Origin: Rhynchobatus australiae
Lineage: Eukaryota
Direction: 5' to 3'
Assembly (NCBI GenBank): GCA_034780895.1
Contig: JAUZTB010000135.1
Span: forward strand, 74,080,331 to 74,144,330
DNA length: 64,000 bases
The first letter of the stretch is position 1; each line of letters opens with the position of its first letter. Shown here piece by piece: positions 24,965-38,002 of the stretch. The notes below the pieces were generated by a model that made no database searches, was not told the DNA's origin, and saw nothing but the letters and a program-made list of their open reading frames with translations. A program made the translations under genes and the position numbers.

Positions 24965-25255
24965 TATGCAGCACAGAAACAGGCCCTTTAGCCCTAGAGT
25001 TCACACTGACTTCAAGCACTCATTTACATCAATCCAATTTTATTCTCCCAGTTTCTCATCAACTCCACCCCCCCCCCCCAACCACCACAGCAGCAGATTC
25101 TATCACTCATCCAGGTTCTTTGGACATTTAACCTACTAACCTGCATGTTTGGGATGTGGGAGGAAATCAGCACTCAGGAAATGGGGAGAATGTGCAAACT
25201 ACACACTGCACTGTAGGTCAGGATTGAACCCCGGTCACTAGAGTTGTGAAGCTCG
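24965..25255 (-). mobile_element. tRNA-derived V-SINE (HE1-like elasmobranch SINE)
   Basis: Minus-strand B-box GGGTTCAATCC (about 25221-25231), V-domain GTTTGCACATTCTCCCC...TTTCCTCCCACATCCCA, and a CR1-derived tail (aagggcctgtttctgtgc). Confidence 0.7.
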
Positions 25256-25954
25256 TAATTTACTTTGGCCTGGGTGTTGAATTTTATCTGGAGAATGAAC
25301 ATCTTGATACACTTCCGTTGAAAGCACCATGCATGTCATTAGCTATTAAGGGCTCGAAGAAATACATTTGTCCAAAGGAATTACTGTATTGAGCTGAAAG
25401 AAAAATTCGATCAGAATTTGATGTAGTCTCCTTCACCATTATATTTTTGCTACTTTTGTCTTTGATTTTTAACATGGTTTATTACTTTAACCACATTGAT
25501 TTTAATGGAAATTAAGTTGGCGTGTCACCATTGTGGCTTTGACATGAACAAGTTTTTCATTGGTTTGCACAAATCTTGAGTGCAATATTTATTCAGGATT
25601 TGCGCAGAGTAGAAAGATTCACTCAAAATTTGTGGTGTTAGAATTCATTTTCNNNNNNNNNNNNNNNNNNNNNNNNNNNNNNNNNNNNNNNNNNNNNNNN
25701 NNNNNNNNNNNNNNNNNNNNNNNNNNNNNNNNNNNNNNNNNNNNNNNNNNNNNNNNNNNNNNNNNNNNNNNNNNNNNNNNNNNNNNNNNNNNNNNNNNNN
25801 NNNNNNNNNNNNNNNNNNNNNNNNNNNNNNNNNNNNNNNNNNNNNNNNNNNNNNNNNNNNNNNNNNNNNNNNNNNNNNNNNNNNNNNNNNNCTGGGTAGT
25901 AAGAAATTTTAATGTTTGGAGCCTGTTCACGTAATGGATATATTAAGATGTGAT

Positions 25955-26330
25955 TAAGCTAGAGAAGGTGCAGAAAAGATCTGCAAGGATGTTGCTGAAA
26001 CTGGACTGCAGATATTCACTCTTTCCCCCAGAGTAGGGGAATCTAAAGTTAAAGGGCATAGGTTTAAGGTGAGATGGGAAAGATATAAAGGGGACCCAAG
26101 GGACCAGTTTTGTACCCTAGTGGGTATATGGAATGAGCTGTTAGCAGAAGCAGTAGAGGTGGGTACAGTTATAATGTTTAAAAGATATTTGGACAGGCTC
26201 ATGGACAGGAAAGGTTTAGAGGGATATGGGCCAAATGCAGGCAAATGGGACTAGCTCAGGAAGGCACCTCAGTCAGTGTGGATGCGTTGGGCCAAAGGGC
26301 CTGTTTCCATACTGTGTAACTCGATGATTC
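25955..26330 (+). mobile_element. CR1 LINE 3' end
   Basis: Encodes GHRFKVRWERYKGD...GIWNELLAEAVEVGTVIMFKRYLDRLMDRKGLEGYGPNAGKWD*, with tail gggccaaagggcctgtttcc. Confidence 0.8.
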
Positions 26331-27246
26331 TAATGGCCTGGATTTTGTGTTTTGTTACGTGCTGACATTATAAACAACTGTCCCAAAAACATCACATTCA
26401 AAGTTATGATTTTGGGGCCAAGAGAAATTGGTTAATGGTAAGCTTTGTTAACAAACTAGAGCCTTGTGGCAAGTAGGGTTTGGTGCCTGAAGGTTTCATT
26501 GGCTTCCCTTATTTTTTTCAAAATTTTGCTGGTGAAGTCTGCAACACTGTGGAGGAACAAAGAATCACTGACCCAAGTTTTGGATTTCTATATGCTATAT
26601 GTGCACTCTTGAAGTTACAGTCAGATTTTTTCCATTCACCTTGCTATATATTCCCAAGGCATTAGATACAAGTAGATCTAACATTTCACTGAAGTATGCA
26701 AGCATGCAAATTTCATAGATTACAAGATGAGGGTGATTATTCTAGAACAATATAAAAACACTAATTGGGCCACAAAGTAACAACACAGTTCTAATCACAA
26801 TACTACAGGAAGGATGCTATTGCTTTAGAAGGGGACTGGGGGATTTATGAGGATGTTGCCAGGACCGGGGAATTTAGCAATGAGGAAAGATTTGATAAAC
26901 CAGAGCTGTTTTCTTTAACGCAGAGGAGGTTGAGGAGAGATTCATTTGATATTTAAAATGGGAACTGAAGTCTTAAAGTGATTAGAGATAGTGTGACTGG
27001 AAAGTTTCTACTTGAAAGTTTAGTAGAGACAGCAATTCATCACATTTTGCGCACCGTACGGGAAGAGGGGGCTGTTGCTATATTGCTGTCAGTGGGCTGT
27101 GCTTGCTGTAATTTGCCATTTGCAAGACTATGGGAAGAAACTTTACCCACACAGGTTCTTGTAGCTCTGCCATCTAAATTGAGTTGGGCAACAGTTAGGT
27201 AGTGAATGCTTTGTGGGTTGGTCCAATTCTCAGATCTGGGAATATA

Positions 27247-28466
27247 CAGTGGTATGCAAAAGTTTGGGCACCCTTGGTCAAAATTTCTGTTACTGTGAAT
27301 AGCGAAGCGAGTAAAAGATGACCTGATTTCCAAAAGGAATAAAGTTAAAGATGACACATTTCTTTAATATTTTAAGCAAGATTACTTTTATTTCCATCTT
27401 TTATAGTTTCAAAATAACAAAAAAGCAAAAGGGCCCAAAGCAAAAGTTTGGGCACCCTGCATGGTCAGTACTTAGTAATACCCCCTTTGGCAAGTATCGC
27501 AGCTTGTAAACGCTTTCTGTAGCCAGCTAAGAGTCTTTCAATTCTTGTTTAGGGGATTTTCGCCCATTCTTCCTTGCAAGAGGCTTCTGGTTCTGTGAGA
27601 TTCTAGGGCTGTTATGCATGCACTGCTCTTCTGAGGTCTATCCACAGATTTTTGATGACGTTTCAGTCGGGGGACTGTGAGGGCCATGGCAAAACCTTCA
27701 GCTTGTGCCTCTTGAGGTAGTCCATTGTGAATCCTGAGGTGTGTTTAGGATTGTTATCCTGTTGTAGAAGCCATCTGCTTTTCATCTTCAGCTTCTGTTT
27801 TACAGACGATATGATGTTTGCTTCTAGAATTTGCTGGTATTTAATTGCATTCATTCTTCCCTCTACCAGTGAAATGTTNNNNNNNNNNNNNNNNNNNNNN
27901 NNNNNNNNNNNNNNNNNNNNNNNNNNNNNNNNNNNNNNNNNNNNNNNNNNNNNNNNNNNNNNNNNNNNNNNNNNNNNNGAAACGGCTACCTGAAAACACT
28001 TTGCTGTCTTCTTATAGCCTTCTCCTGCTTTGTGGGCACCATTTATTTTAATTTTCAGAGTGCTAGGCAGCTGTTCAGAGGAGCCCACAACTGCTGATTG
28101 TTGGGACAAGGGTCGAGGAGACAGGACATTTGTAAAGCTTTGAAATTTGCATCACCTGGCCTTTCCTAACAATAACTGTGAACAAGCCATGGCCCTAACA
28201 AACTAATGAAGGTCTGAGACCTTGGTAAAAGTTATCTGAGAGCTCAAATCTCTTGGGGTGCCCAGACTTTTGCATGGTGCTCCTTTCCTTTTTTCACTCT
28301 AAAATCAGACAAAACAAAAATGATACACTAATCTTGTTTAAAATGTTGAAAAGAATGTTTCATCTTTAATTTGATGACTTTTGGAGATCAGTTCATCTTC
28401 TACTCACTTAACTATTCACAGTAACAGAAATTTTGACTGGCGTGCCAAAACTTTTGCATGCCACTG
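27247..28466 (-). mobile_element. Tc1-family DNA transposon, IR/DR type, defective transposase, assembly gap inside
   Basis: TA flanks at 27245-27246 and 28467-28468. Left end CAGTGGTATGCAAAAGTTTGGGCACCC pairs with right end GGCGTGCCAAAACTTTTGCATGCCACTG. Imperfect inverted repeats of about 210 bp with inner direct repeats at about 27441-27457 and 28256-28273. Confidence 0.92.
27465..28088 (-). pseudogene. Tc1 transposase pseudogene (DD34E type)
   Basis: Reads (V)GSSEQLPSTLKIKI..HKAGEGYKKTAK...[gap]...QQDNNPKHTS...WPSQSPD*NVIKNLW...EEWAKIP*..RKRLQAAILAKGGITKY*. Four internal stops, catalytic Glu replaced by Lys, and GTG at the presumed start codon. Confidence 0.85.
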
Positions 28467-29329
28467 TATGCCACATTAGTTTCATTGAAAACCAAGAAGA
28501 ATATGAAGGGAAAGACTTTTGAGTGTTTGATCCTGTTGCAAGCAGGAAAAGGTAAATTGATGAGGGGAAGGAATTAAGAGACATTATTCTAGAAAAAGTT
28601 AAAGGTGACACAGTTTGTGAAAAAGATGCAAAGAGCATAAGGACAAAATGAAAGAACACGTTTGGTCTGGAAATAGCACCCAAGATGCACTTAGAGGTGA
28701 CCATGTCTTTTAGCTCATTTTTATGTTGGATATTTTTGGAAGCTGCTGGATATATTTAAAGATTTGTTAAGCTGAATTTTGTTCTCAAAGCAATAAATGT
28801 GAGTGATAGTTCTGTTCCCTTTGCACTTCAAAAATAAAAACTTAGATCGTGCTAATTTAGCATGGGATGGAGGGAAATTGAATTTAGAAGCAAACATTCT
28901 CTAGTTACCTTGCTGAGAAGAATGAAAACTTTTTTGTTGATAAACATAAGACTAAAGGGCATCCAGATTTCGTAAGATCTTATTTAAAGCCACTAACAGA
29001 TTTTAGAGCTGAATAAATGGAGATGGGCTAAGAGACAAACAAACAAGGAAGTAGGAAGCATGAATGAATAATGGGGAAATTGAAAGCCAGTAAGGGTCTC
29101 ATTTTCCTTGCTAGCCTCGCCTCATTCTTCAGTTTCATTTCAGCAAAATTGGAGTAGCCAAAGCAATATTGATGCAGCATTGTGAATAGGGTATAAATCC
29201 TGTTAAGACCAAGTATGTTAGACATCTAGATACTTCAAGTCACTGTTTTGGTTTCTTTTCACCTCAGAGAAAATGAGAAGACCTCATTAGATATGTCTTC
29301 AAGATCTGACTAATTAACCATTGCATCTT

Positions 29330-29720
29330 TACTTTCCAACCCCCGTCACCCAGTTCCCTTCCCCTCCCCCAACTGGTTCCATCTGCCCATCACTCCACAC
29401 TTAACCCACAGGGTCTCCTATCCCCTTCCCCACTGGTTCCATCTGCCCATTATCCCTCCCTTATTTGGTTCCACTTATCTTCCTTATCAGATTCTAGAAT
29501 CTGCAGCTCTTTGTCTCCGCTTATCACCTTCCAGCTTCTGTCTCTACCTCCCCTCACATGCCTATTACCCCCATCACCTGGTTCCACCTATCGCCTGCCA
29601 GCTCCTACCTTGCCCCTCCCCTCAGCCCTTTATAATAGCTCTCTCCCCATCTACACTCTGTCCTCATCCTGTCCTCAACGTGTATTATCTCTCTACCTCC
29701 TCATGTTGTCTGCAGTTTGT
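29330..29720 (+). mobile_element. Penelope terminal-repeat fragment (pyrimidine-rich) with internal direct repeat
   Basis: actggttccatctgcccat occurs twice (about 29372 and 29432); sequence is homologous to the 17480 copy and to the reverse of 6720-6998; hammerhead segment is missing. Confidence 0.5.
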
Positions 29721-29769
29721 TTTTTTTTGCTTCATTACAATTTTGTATTTTTCAGGATGTGTCTGAAGG

Positions 29770-30980
29770 AGGGTGGTAACCCACCACTTTAAATCTCTGC
29801 ACTCCTTCAGATGTTGGGTAGGGAGTTTCAGGATTTAGACCCAATGATGGTGGAACAGCAATGTGTTTCTAAGTCAGGATCATTTGTGACTTGGGGGATC
29901 CTGCAGGTGGTAATGTTCCTACACACTGGGCCTTGTGCTTCATGGTGATGGAGGTTGTGGATTTCATGTAGGAGTCAAGATAAATAACTGCATTTGGGGT
30001 GACAGGAGGTGAGTCACCTGCCCCCAAGATAACTAGACGCTGACTCATTCTTGTAGCCACTTGTGTGGCTGGTTCAGTTAAGTTCCTGGTCAGTGGTGAC
30101 CATGATGATGTTGATCAGAAACAGAATTATCACCACTGACATATGATGTGAAATTTGTTGTTTTGTGGCAGTACAGTGCAAAGACTATAAATTATAAAAG
30201 TAGTGCAAAAAAAAACCAATGAGATAGTGTTCACATATCATTAAGAAATCTGACGGAAGAGAAGCTGTTTCTGAATTGAATGTGAGTCTTCAGGCTCCTG
30301 TACCACCTCCCTGATGGTAGTAACAAGAAGGCATTTCCTGGGTGGTGAGGGTCCTTAATGATAGATGCCACCTTCTTGAGGCACTGCCTCTTGAAGATGC
30401 CCTCAATAGTCGGTAGGGTTGTGTCCACAATGGAGCTGGCTGAGTCTATAACCCTCTGCAGCCTGTTACAATCCAGTTCATTGGAGGGACCATACCAGGC
30501 TGTGATGCAACTAGTCAGGATGCTCTCCACCATACAACTATTGAAATTTGCAAGAGTCTTTGGTACATACCGAATCTCCTCAAACTCCTAATGAAGTTGA
30601 GGCACTGGCATACTGCCTTCATGATTGCATCAATAGTAGGGTGGTACTTTCATATATTGTCACTGGTTTACAATTTTGAAGTGCACTTAATCATTTATCA
30701 GCCCATGCTAGCATGTTCCCATTTTGCTGCGTGCAAGAATGGACATTTGAAGAGTTGCAAATATAATTTATCGTGGTCAAATCATCAGTGAACATTGCTT
30801 CTTTTATCCATCATAAAAGTCATTGAAGTAGCTGAAATGGACCTTGGACACTGCCCTGAGGAATTTGTGTAGTGATGTTTTGAGGTTGGGGTGATTAATT
30901 TAAACTACAACTTCACCCACTGGAGTATTTTTCCCTTGATGTGTATTGACCAGTGCCACACTTAGTCTAATACCCTTACC
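29770..30980 (-). mobile_element. CR1/L2-group LINE fragment split by a Rex1 insertion
   Basis: Homologous to the reverse of 59290-60390; gccctgaggaa (VPQG region) at about 30855; interrupted at 30115-30630. Confidence 0.55.
30112..30630 (-). mobile_element. Rex1/Babar LINE 3' fragment
   Basis: ORF 30231..30533 encodes VESILTSCITAWYG...RLQRVIDSASSIV...CLKKVASIIKDPHHPG...LLPSGRWYRSLKT...FRNSF. Confidence 0.85.
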
Positions 30981-31123
30981 TCTTGGTAACATTAGAGGCT
31001 GCTAATGCATGTCTGTGTGTTTGTGAATATTTATAAAATAGGCCAAATAGTCCTAGTGTCAATGAATCCTACTAAACATCTAGAATTTTTAATATTAAAC
31101 ATAACGTGAAAATCCACAGAGTA

Positions 31124-31431
31124 CATAGGCTCCCTAGGTTACGAATAACCTGACTTGTGGAAATCTGACTTCATGCAAATTCTCCCATACATTTTAAGTG
31201 CTTTTTCAAATAGTCATAATAAAATGTTTTGTGGATACAGTATATATTCCATTCGTTTAATTATGGGAAGTGTCAGGGTGCAAATTCAATGAAATGAAAG
31301 AATTAGAGCAAGTGTTGTGCAGAGCAGTACAATATGGGTTCCTATAGAAAATGAATGTTTTTGACTTGCAAAGGAATTCACTATGGAGAATTCTTGGGAA
31401 CAGAACCCTTGAATGACCTGGGGACTGCCTG
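31124..31431. mobile_element. Tigger/pogo-type MITE
   Basis: TA-CATAGGCTCCCTAGGTTACGAA ... TGAATGACCTGGGGACTGCCTG-TA: imperfect terminal inverted repeats with TA flanks and no ORF. Confidence 0.55.
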
Positions 31432-31697
31432 TAGTCAGTTTCAATTCAATTCTGGAATTTAGTTCCTTGATCGATGTTTAGGGCAAGGCTGTTATATTGT
31501 CTGGAGCTGAATGATTCTAGATGATAGCCAAACTGGTGCAATGTTAACTTAGTTCATTTAAAAGTTAAAGACTGTTTTTGTGGCGATTGTGAGCCCTGGA
31601 TTTGGAGGGTGTTGGAGTTGATGTGAAGAGATCTGAAGAGCAAAAAAAGCAATGTTATTTCCCTTCAGTTTTTCAGCATGTTACCCTTTGGAAACTT

Positions 31698-31867
31698 CAG
31701 TAAAATTCGAATAATCCACTATCCTGTTCAGAAAATGGTTTGGCATCTGCCTCACCGATTCTGTTTCCTGTTGTAATCTGTTTAAATTCACTACCCGCCC
31801 CCCCCATAAAATACAACAGTGCAGAGAATCTGCCAGTCCAAGGTGCCAGATTATTGGAGTAATACTG
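31698..31867. mobile_element. Short TcMar-type MITE remnant
   Basis: Imperfect terminal inverted repeats CAGTAAAATTCGAATAATC and GATTATTGGAGTAATACTG; TA flanks not preserved. Confidence 0.4.
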
Positions 31868-33017
31868 CACTTCCATATTTTTCCTAATGTTTCAAGTCTT
31901 GCATTGATGCCAAAGCTATTTAAATTGATCTGCTAAAACCATCCATAATTTTGTTTTTTGTAGACGTGAGTACATAAACACATTACCCAGCTGACCTCCC
32001 TCATTCTACTCTGTAAATTTGATGTCACCCAGAACTTCTGACCTATTAAAAATTGTAAAGTCCTATTGACCAATTATCCCTGTGTTATGTGACATGCTGT
32101 GGTTCCTAGTAAAGCTTTAATTAACAGCTTCCATTTTGTTGAATCCCTTCATGGTTTTGCCCCTCACTCTTTCTGTAATCTTCCCCAGCCCTTTCACCCT
32201 CAAGGCAAATTTAATCACTCCACTAATGGTAGTTTCCTCTTCCCTCCCATCCCCATGCCAAACAAAATAACACTTGCTGCCTCTGTTTCCTTCCATGTAT
32301 GTTAATTTACGATGTACCTCCTTGGCCAAGCTTTTAGTGAACTGCCTTAATATTTCTGTATTTGTCTTGACACCAGTTTTTATTTGATAAAATTTCATTC
32401 CTTTTGCTGTTTTTACAGTTGCTATATAAATGGAAATTATGGTTTGGGTCGGGTTATATCAGGAGAAGGTGAAATTAACTTGAGAGCCCAGCAGTATTTA
32501 CATTAGAAAAAGAATGAATAATATTTATAGATGAGTCCAAGAATTATGTAAACCTAGTTTTTGCATTCTATTAAATAAATTCTCATTGATTTAATTTTAG
32601 GTTCTGTTAAGTGTTAATGACTACAATAAGGATATTCATTCATGCAAGATTTTTATTCAAGTGCTAGTTATCATATCTATATGGCTGATTCTGTTAAGTT
32701 TCCGGTGAAATTTAAACCCCCACCCTCCTTGATTGTGGTAGGAAATAAGCAATGGTAATGTTTTGAACGTCAAAGGTAAGTGATTTGATTTTCTTATAGG
32801 AGATGGTTATTGTCCAGCTTGTGTCCGTTACGCAGGTTTCTTGTTTGCATGTTGTGATATTTAACTTTGTTACATGATAATGAAGTTACTGAGTTTTAAG
32901 GGTTTGATTTGTTTATGAAACGCACTTTGTTAAAAAGTAAAGAAATCTTAGTCTTATAATATTATGAATTGTTCTGTTTACTGTTGTTTCATATTTACAC
33001 AAATTAATGTTTTACAG

Positions 33018-33153
33018 CAACAAGAAGAATATGCCAGACTCAACTGTTGGAAAGAAAAAAGGAAAACGGAAACATGAATCTTCCCCTGAAAATTCAGATA
33101 TGGACAAAACACCACCTCCATCTCCACAGGAAGAGGATGAATTGGGAGTGCAG
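33018..33153 (+). CDS. CHD7: CHD7-like exon (equivalent to human exon 4)
   Basis: ttttacAG acceptor, CAG|GTGAAT donor; 136 nt, phase 2 to 0, matching the previous exon. Encodes (S)NKKNMPDSTVGKKKGKRKHESSPENSDMDKTPPPSPQEEDELGVQ; compare CHD7 ENSDLDKTPPPSP...EDEDPGVQ. Confidence 0.93.
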
Positions 33154-34159
33154 GTGAATTTGGTCTCAAACTTCCCCAAGCTTGCATATTGAATACATAA
33201 CTTATAATGGGTATTGCAGGTACTAGTGGAGAACCTTGATGACATGGATTTTGGGAAACACAGTATTATCTAGAATAAACTAAAATATTTCTTTCATCTT
33301 GGGGTGGAAAAATAATGCTGGAAATGTTTCAAGTTGGGCGACATCTTGAAGTGATACCAATAGCCAACTTTTCAGTTTCTTTTGTTTTATAAATTCTGTT
33401 CAAGGAGGTTTGAGAATTCCCATTAACTGCATTTGTGTGCTTGTAGGATCTGTCTTTAAATATTCATTCATGAGTGGGGGAGGCATGATTACTTGTGCAT
33501 TTATTAAACACACAATACTTGTGCTGATCCATTTGTCCAGGCAACTGAGTAAACCAGGCAAAAATTTCCTCAACCAAATGTAAAGCACGTTTCATCGGTT
33601 TTGGGAAAGGATATCCCTGTCCACTACGCTTCCTAAAATTATAGTTTCAGGAAATGTAGGAACATTTGATTTGTACCAATGAAGCATCAAGAGTTCAACC
33701 AAGCACTTAACCTCAAAGCTTAAGCATTTTGAGTGCAATCCAAGGGCACTTTTCCTTTTAAGATTTAAAGTATCTAGCATTGGGTGGGTGCATTCATGGT
33801 TATCTGAAGAATTAATCAAGGAACTTGGGCAACTATAACAGACTTGGACCAAATTTATTTGGCCAAGCAGCCTTTCTTCCATATACCTGCAAAATGTGGT
33901 TTATTTATAGAATTCTTTTTGAACCTACTAATTTTTCCAATCAGAAGAGCCAGTTAATTAGCAACTATCAGCATCCTTCAGTATGAAGTATGCATTAAAC
34001 TTGAACTTCAGACCTTGGCTTTCTTATCCACTTTTCTTGGTCATATGAAATCCAGGTAACATGGAAATGGGCTGTTTTCTCTATTTAGATTTCATTGGTT
34101 TTAATTTTTCTGCAGACTGAACAGCTGATATTTTTACCAATTTGCATCTCATTTTTCTA

Positions 34160-34300
34160 AATTCTGTTTTCTACCTATTGCATCCCTTCCTATTTTACAA
34201 CAATGACTACAATTTTAAAAAAAGGTCAAATTTCCTTTATTGTAAAGCGGTTAAGTAGTTCTGATGTCATGAAATGTTTTGTGTAAATGTAAGTGTCTCA
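34160..34300 (+). mobile_element. DeuSINE (SacSINE1/AmnSINE1-like) 3' remnant
   Basis: ttcctattttacaacaatgactaca...tgtaaagcg...gtcatgaaa...taaatgtaag resembles the recalled Deu-SINE 3' end. Confidence 0.45.
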
Positions 34301-36306
34301 TTCCATCCACCTTTTCAATATAAAGTTGTCTTTGCAGTTCCTAGTTCAGCAACTTTTACATTCGAACCCTAACCTGTCCTTTCAGTCTATGGAGACAGGT
34401 TGACCTTGTTAGTATTTTTTCTTTGTCTGGTCTTCATCTGCAGAACCAGAGAAAACAATAGGGAGAGCCCTGTTCAGGAAAATTTGCTGTTATTTTGGTG
34501 GTATTTTCACTCTATCCAAGGTCGTCATATTCTGCCACGTTTAGAGATTTGTCTAGATACTCATGGTAATCCTCGTTGTTTGTAATAGTTGCAGTAATGC
34601 AAGCTAACATCTGACTTCCCTGTGTGTTCAATTAGAGTTTCTTTTCAAATTTCTATATATCTGTATATATTCCCCATTATATTGCTGTAATTTTTCTCAG
34701 TCAAACTTTTTGATGAACTTCCATGCTTCAATATCAAGGTCTAGGTAATCAAACTAAGGACAGGCCTGTCACCCTGGTTTGGGGATGCATTGAACTTGGG
34801 TGCTGTACAGGTTTTATTCAGCATTTATAAACTTTATGATTTACAACGACGCAACGTTCTTATCGGTTACACTGTTTATGCGGATTTTATTTTTTTNNNN
34901 NNNNNNNNNNNNNNNNNNNNNNNNNNNNNNNNNNNNNNNNNNNNNNNNNNNNNNNNNNNNNNNNNNNNNNNNNNNNNNNNNNNNNNNNNNNNNNNNAAAA
35001 GGATAACAGAAATCTTTCTGAACAGGGCCTCTGCAGAAAAAAAATCTTTAAGTATCTCCAAAACAAAGAAAGCACTTACTGCACAAATTCACATTACCCA
35101 AGTTATTTGATTTCCACAGTTTGATGTTTTTTTCACTTGTTTAGTCAGGACTGATTATGAATGAGCATGTGGTGAATGCTTATAATTGCATAGAGTATTG
35201 TCATCCTTTAAAATTATCTTGAATATTTTCCATAGCCTTGTAAAAGAGCTGCATCTTTATTGAATGTCATACTCCATAATGAAATATCCAGTTATACAAG
35301 GTCATGTTCATCCTATTGTACCCCACACTGTACCCCAAAGATGCTTAATTGCATATTCATGGTTAAGTTTTGTTCAGATTGGTTAAATAGAAGTTTGGTA
35401 CAGAGCATAAGTTTTAAAAGTGCAGTTTTTCATGGATGGAAGAACTCATCACCTAATGCATCTACTGGCAATGGCCATAAATTGCATTGGTTGAGGATAA
35501 GGATAATAGGTCGTCTTAGTAGACAAGAGAGATGCATGGCCAATAATGTAGAATAGAAGGAAATAGATAAGGAATAAGTAGGTTTTTTTTTGTTTTAGGG
35601 GTTTAAGCGAATTACTGTTGCTGTTCGGTTTCTTTGCCTGGGTTGAATTTTTATCCCCATAAATACAAGAAGATAGACTCCGTTCCTCTTGGCTGAGTAT
35701 ACACACGGGGGGGATAAAAAAGCTGCTTGGGTAACATCGGCACCACAGTAACTTCATTCAATTGACTGTTCTTGGGTGTTTGTTTCACATGAGCAGTCTC
35801 CTCTTTCTTTATCTTACCTCATTTAGAACAGCCTTACTCTCTCCTCTCATGTTCATCCAATTTCCTTTTTAAACGTAGCTATGCTGTTCTTGGCTACACC
35901 TGGTAGCAAGTTCCATGTCGAAAGCACTTGGGTAAGGAAGTTCCTCTCAGATTCTCCACCGAAGTTAATGATGACTTATGTTCATTTTAAACTTGTTGAT
36001 GGATATTAAGAGTGACAATAGCCTTAACTTTTCAAAACACTTATAGGAAGATGAGATGTTCTAGTGGTATTATGATGTATTTCTGCTGCACATAAACACA
36101 GTTGCACCAGGCATCTGTTTTATTACAGAATGCATGAAAAATTGACCCACTGTAAATTTAGCCCACAATTTGTCCAATTTGGATTTTCTGTACTCAAAAC
36201 TCTTAAAAGCTGGGTTGCCCAAATGAAATCAATGCATGTTTGAAATTGTCAGTGAAATGTTGCTATTTTTACAGTTGAAATTTTGTTTCATTCTGTCACT
36301 TTTCAG

Positions 36307-36426
36307 AAGCGCCGTTCTAGTCGACAAGTGAAAAGAAAGCGGTATACAGAGGATTTAGAGTTTAAAATATCTGATGATGATGATGCAGGAAAGGATTCTC
36401 CATTAAACGCTTCACAATCAGAACAG
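36307..36426 (+). CDS. CHD7: CHD7-like exon (equivalent to human exon 5)
   Basis: tttcAG acceptor, CAG|GTATTT donor; 120 nt, phase 0 to 0. Encodes [40 protein letters not shown], a CHD7-diagnostic string. Confidence 0.95.
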
Positions 36427-36834
36427 GTATTTGTCCTGTCATTAACCATTAACAGTTTAAAGTTAAGTTTTAATGATTTTAACCTTGGTTTTGTAAGTGA
36501 GGTGTGTGGCTAATTGTGTACTTCAGTTTTTTTCCCCTTGGCATGAATGAACTGATGAGGAAAAAAGTTAGTCACATCATATTAGTTAAGCTCACTTGTC
36601 ATAGTTTTCAATGCACTGTAGAATTTTTAATCCAACTTTTGTTTNNNNNNNNNNNNNNNNNNNNNNNNNNNNNNNNNNNNNNNNNNNNNNNNNNNNNNNN
36701 NNNNNNNNNNNNNNNNNNNNNNNNNNNNNNNNNNNNNNNNNNNNCAACTTTTGTTTTATTCAGTTACAAAATAACATTTGTCACCCCACAAATACACACC
36801 AATCTCAGCAACTGGCAGCTTGCCAGATCTGCCT

Positions 36835-37535
36835 TGTTATCAGGAAGATGATTTTAGTACAAGAATATTCGGATGTCTTGCTCCAATTATATTGGGCCAC
36901 GGTGAGGCTGTGTTTGGAATATTGTGTGCAGGCCTTTCTCTACCTAAAGGGGATATACTTCAGGGCTGCCAGGGTGTTGTGGGAGTTCTGGTACATCTTC
37001 ACTAGGGATGACTCTCTTTAATTTGATGTACATTTTGTAAATACTGAATTGAGAATAATGTAAATATGTTATTAAACCTTAGAGCCTATACTTGCAGTAG
37101 AGAGACTGCAGAAAAGGTTGACCAGATTAATTCCTGAGAGTACAGATTAAGCAGGCTAGGGCAGTATTTTATATAGAATTCAGAAAAATGAGGAGTGATT
37201 TTATTAAAACTACTCATATTTTACGGGCTGTGATGGAGTTCCCCACCTAGAGTGCCAAGAATCAGGAGTCGCAGGCCATAAATAAAGGGCGAGTTGTTCA
37301 GGGTAGAGATAAGAAATCTCTTCACCTAGAGCTTTATGTTCTGAACCCATAAGAGATCTGTAACCTCAATTTCTGCATACACTTAATACGGGGTAACAAA
37401 TTATTAGATGTTGAGGGATCTGAATGATATGGGGTTAATGCAGGAAAGAAATGCTGAGGTGAGAGTTATCTATGATCTTAATGGTAGACCATGCATGATG
37501 AGGAGGAAAATCATTGCCTGCTACTGTTTCTTAAG
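36835..37535 (+). mobile_element. Decayed CR1 fragments
   Basis: Encodes LQLYWATVRLCLEYCVQ, with later CR1 3' sequence through to the tail. Confidence 0.6.
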
Positions 37536-38002
37536 AGATTTGTGGACTTAAAACCCTACTTGAGGGTACAGTATGTCATCCAACAAAACTTAGCAGTGGG
37601 TTTTCAAACCTTTGTGGTTGAAAGATTTCTTTTGAAAGGATTAATCTGAGACCACCCCATCAAAATTATAATATGCTGCTTGTATATTAAAGTGCTGTAA
37701 AGTACCCTTTCAATGAAATCCCTTGTCATCAAGTGGTATTTTCTTTTACTCCAAAGCTAAATTTAGCATTGAAGAAAGAGCTCATCTATTGTCAAGTTTT
37801 GCTGCCACTGCAGGAAATCTTCTCTTATTCCATGGGTTTGTCGGTGTATTAAACTTGGTTGAATGGTTCTTAAATTAACAGTTCAAGCAAGTTGTCATTG
37901 AANNNNNNNNNNNNNNNNNNNNNNNNNNNNNNNNNNNNNNNNNNNNNNNNNNNNNNNNNNNNNNNNNNNNNNNNNNNNNNNNNNNNNNNNNNNNNNNNNN
38001 NN

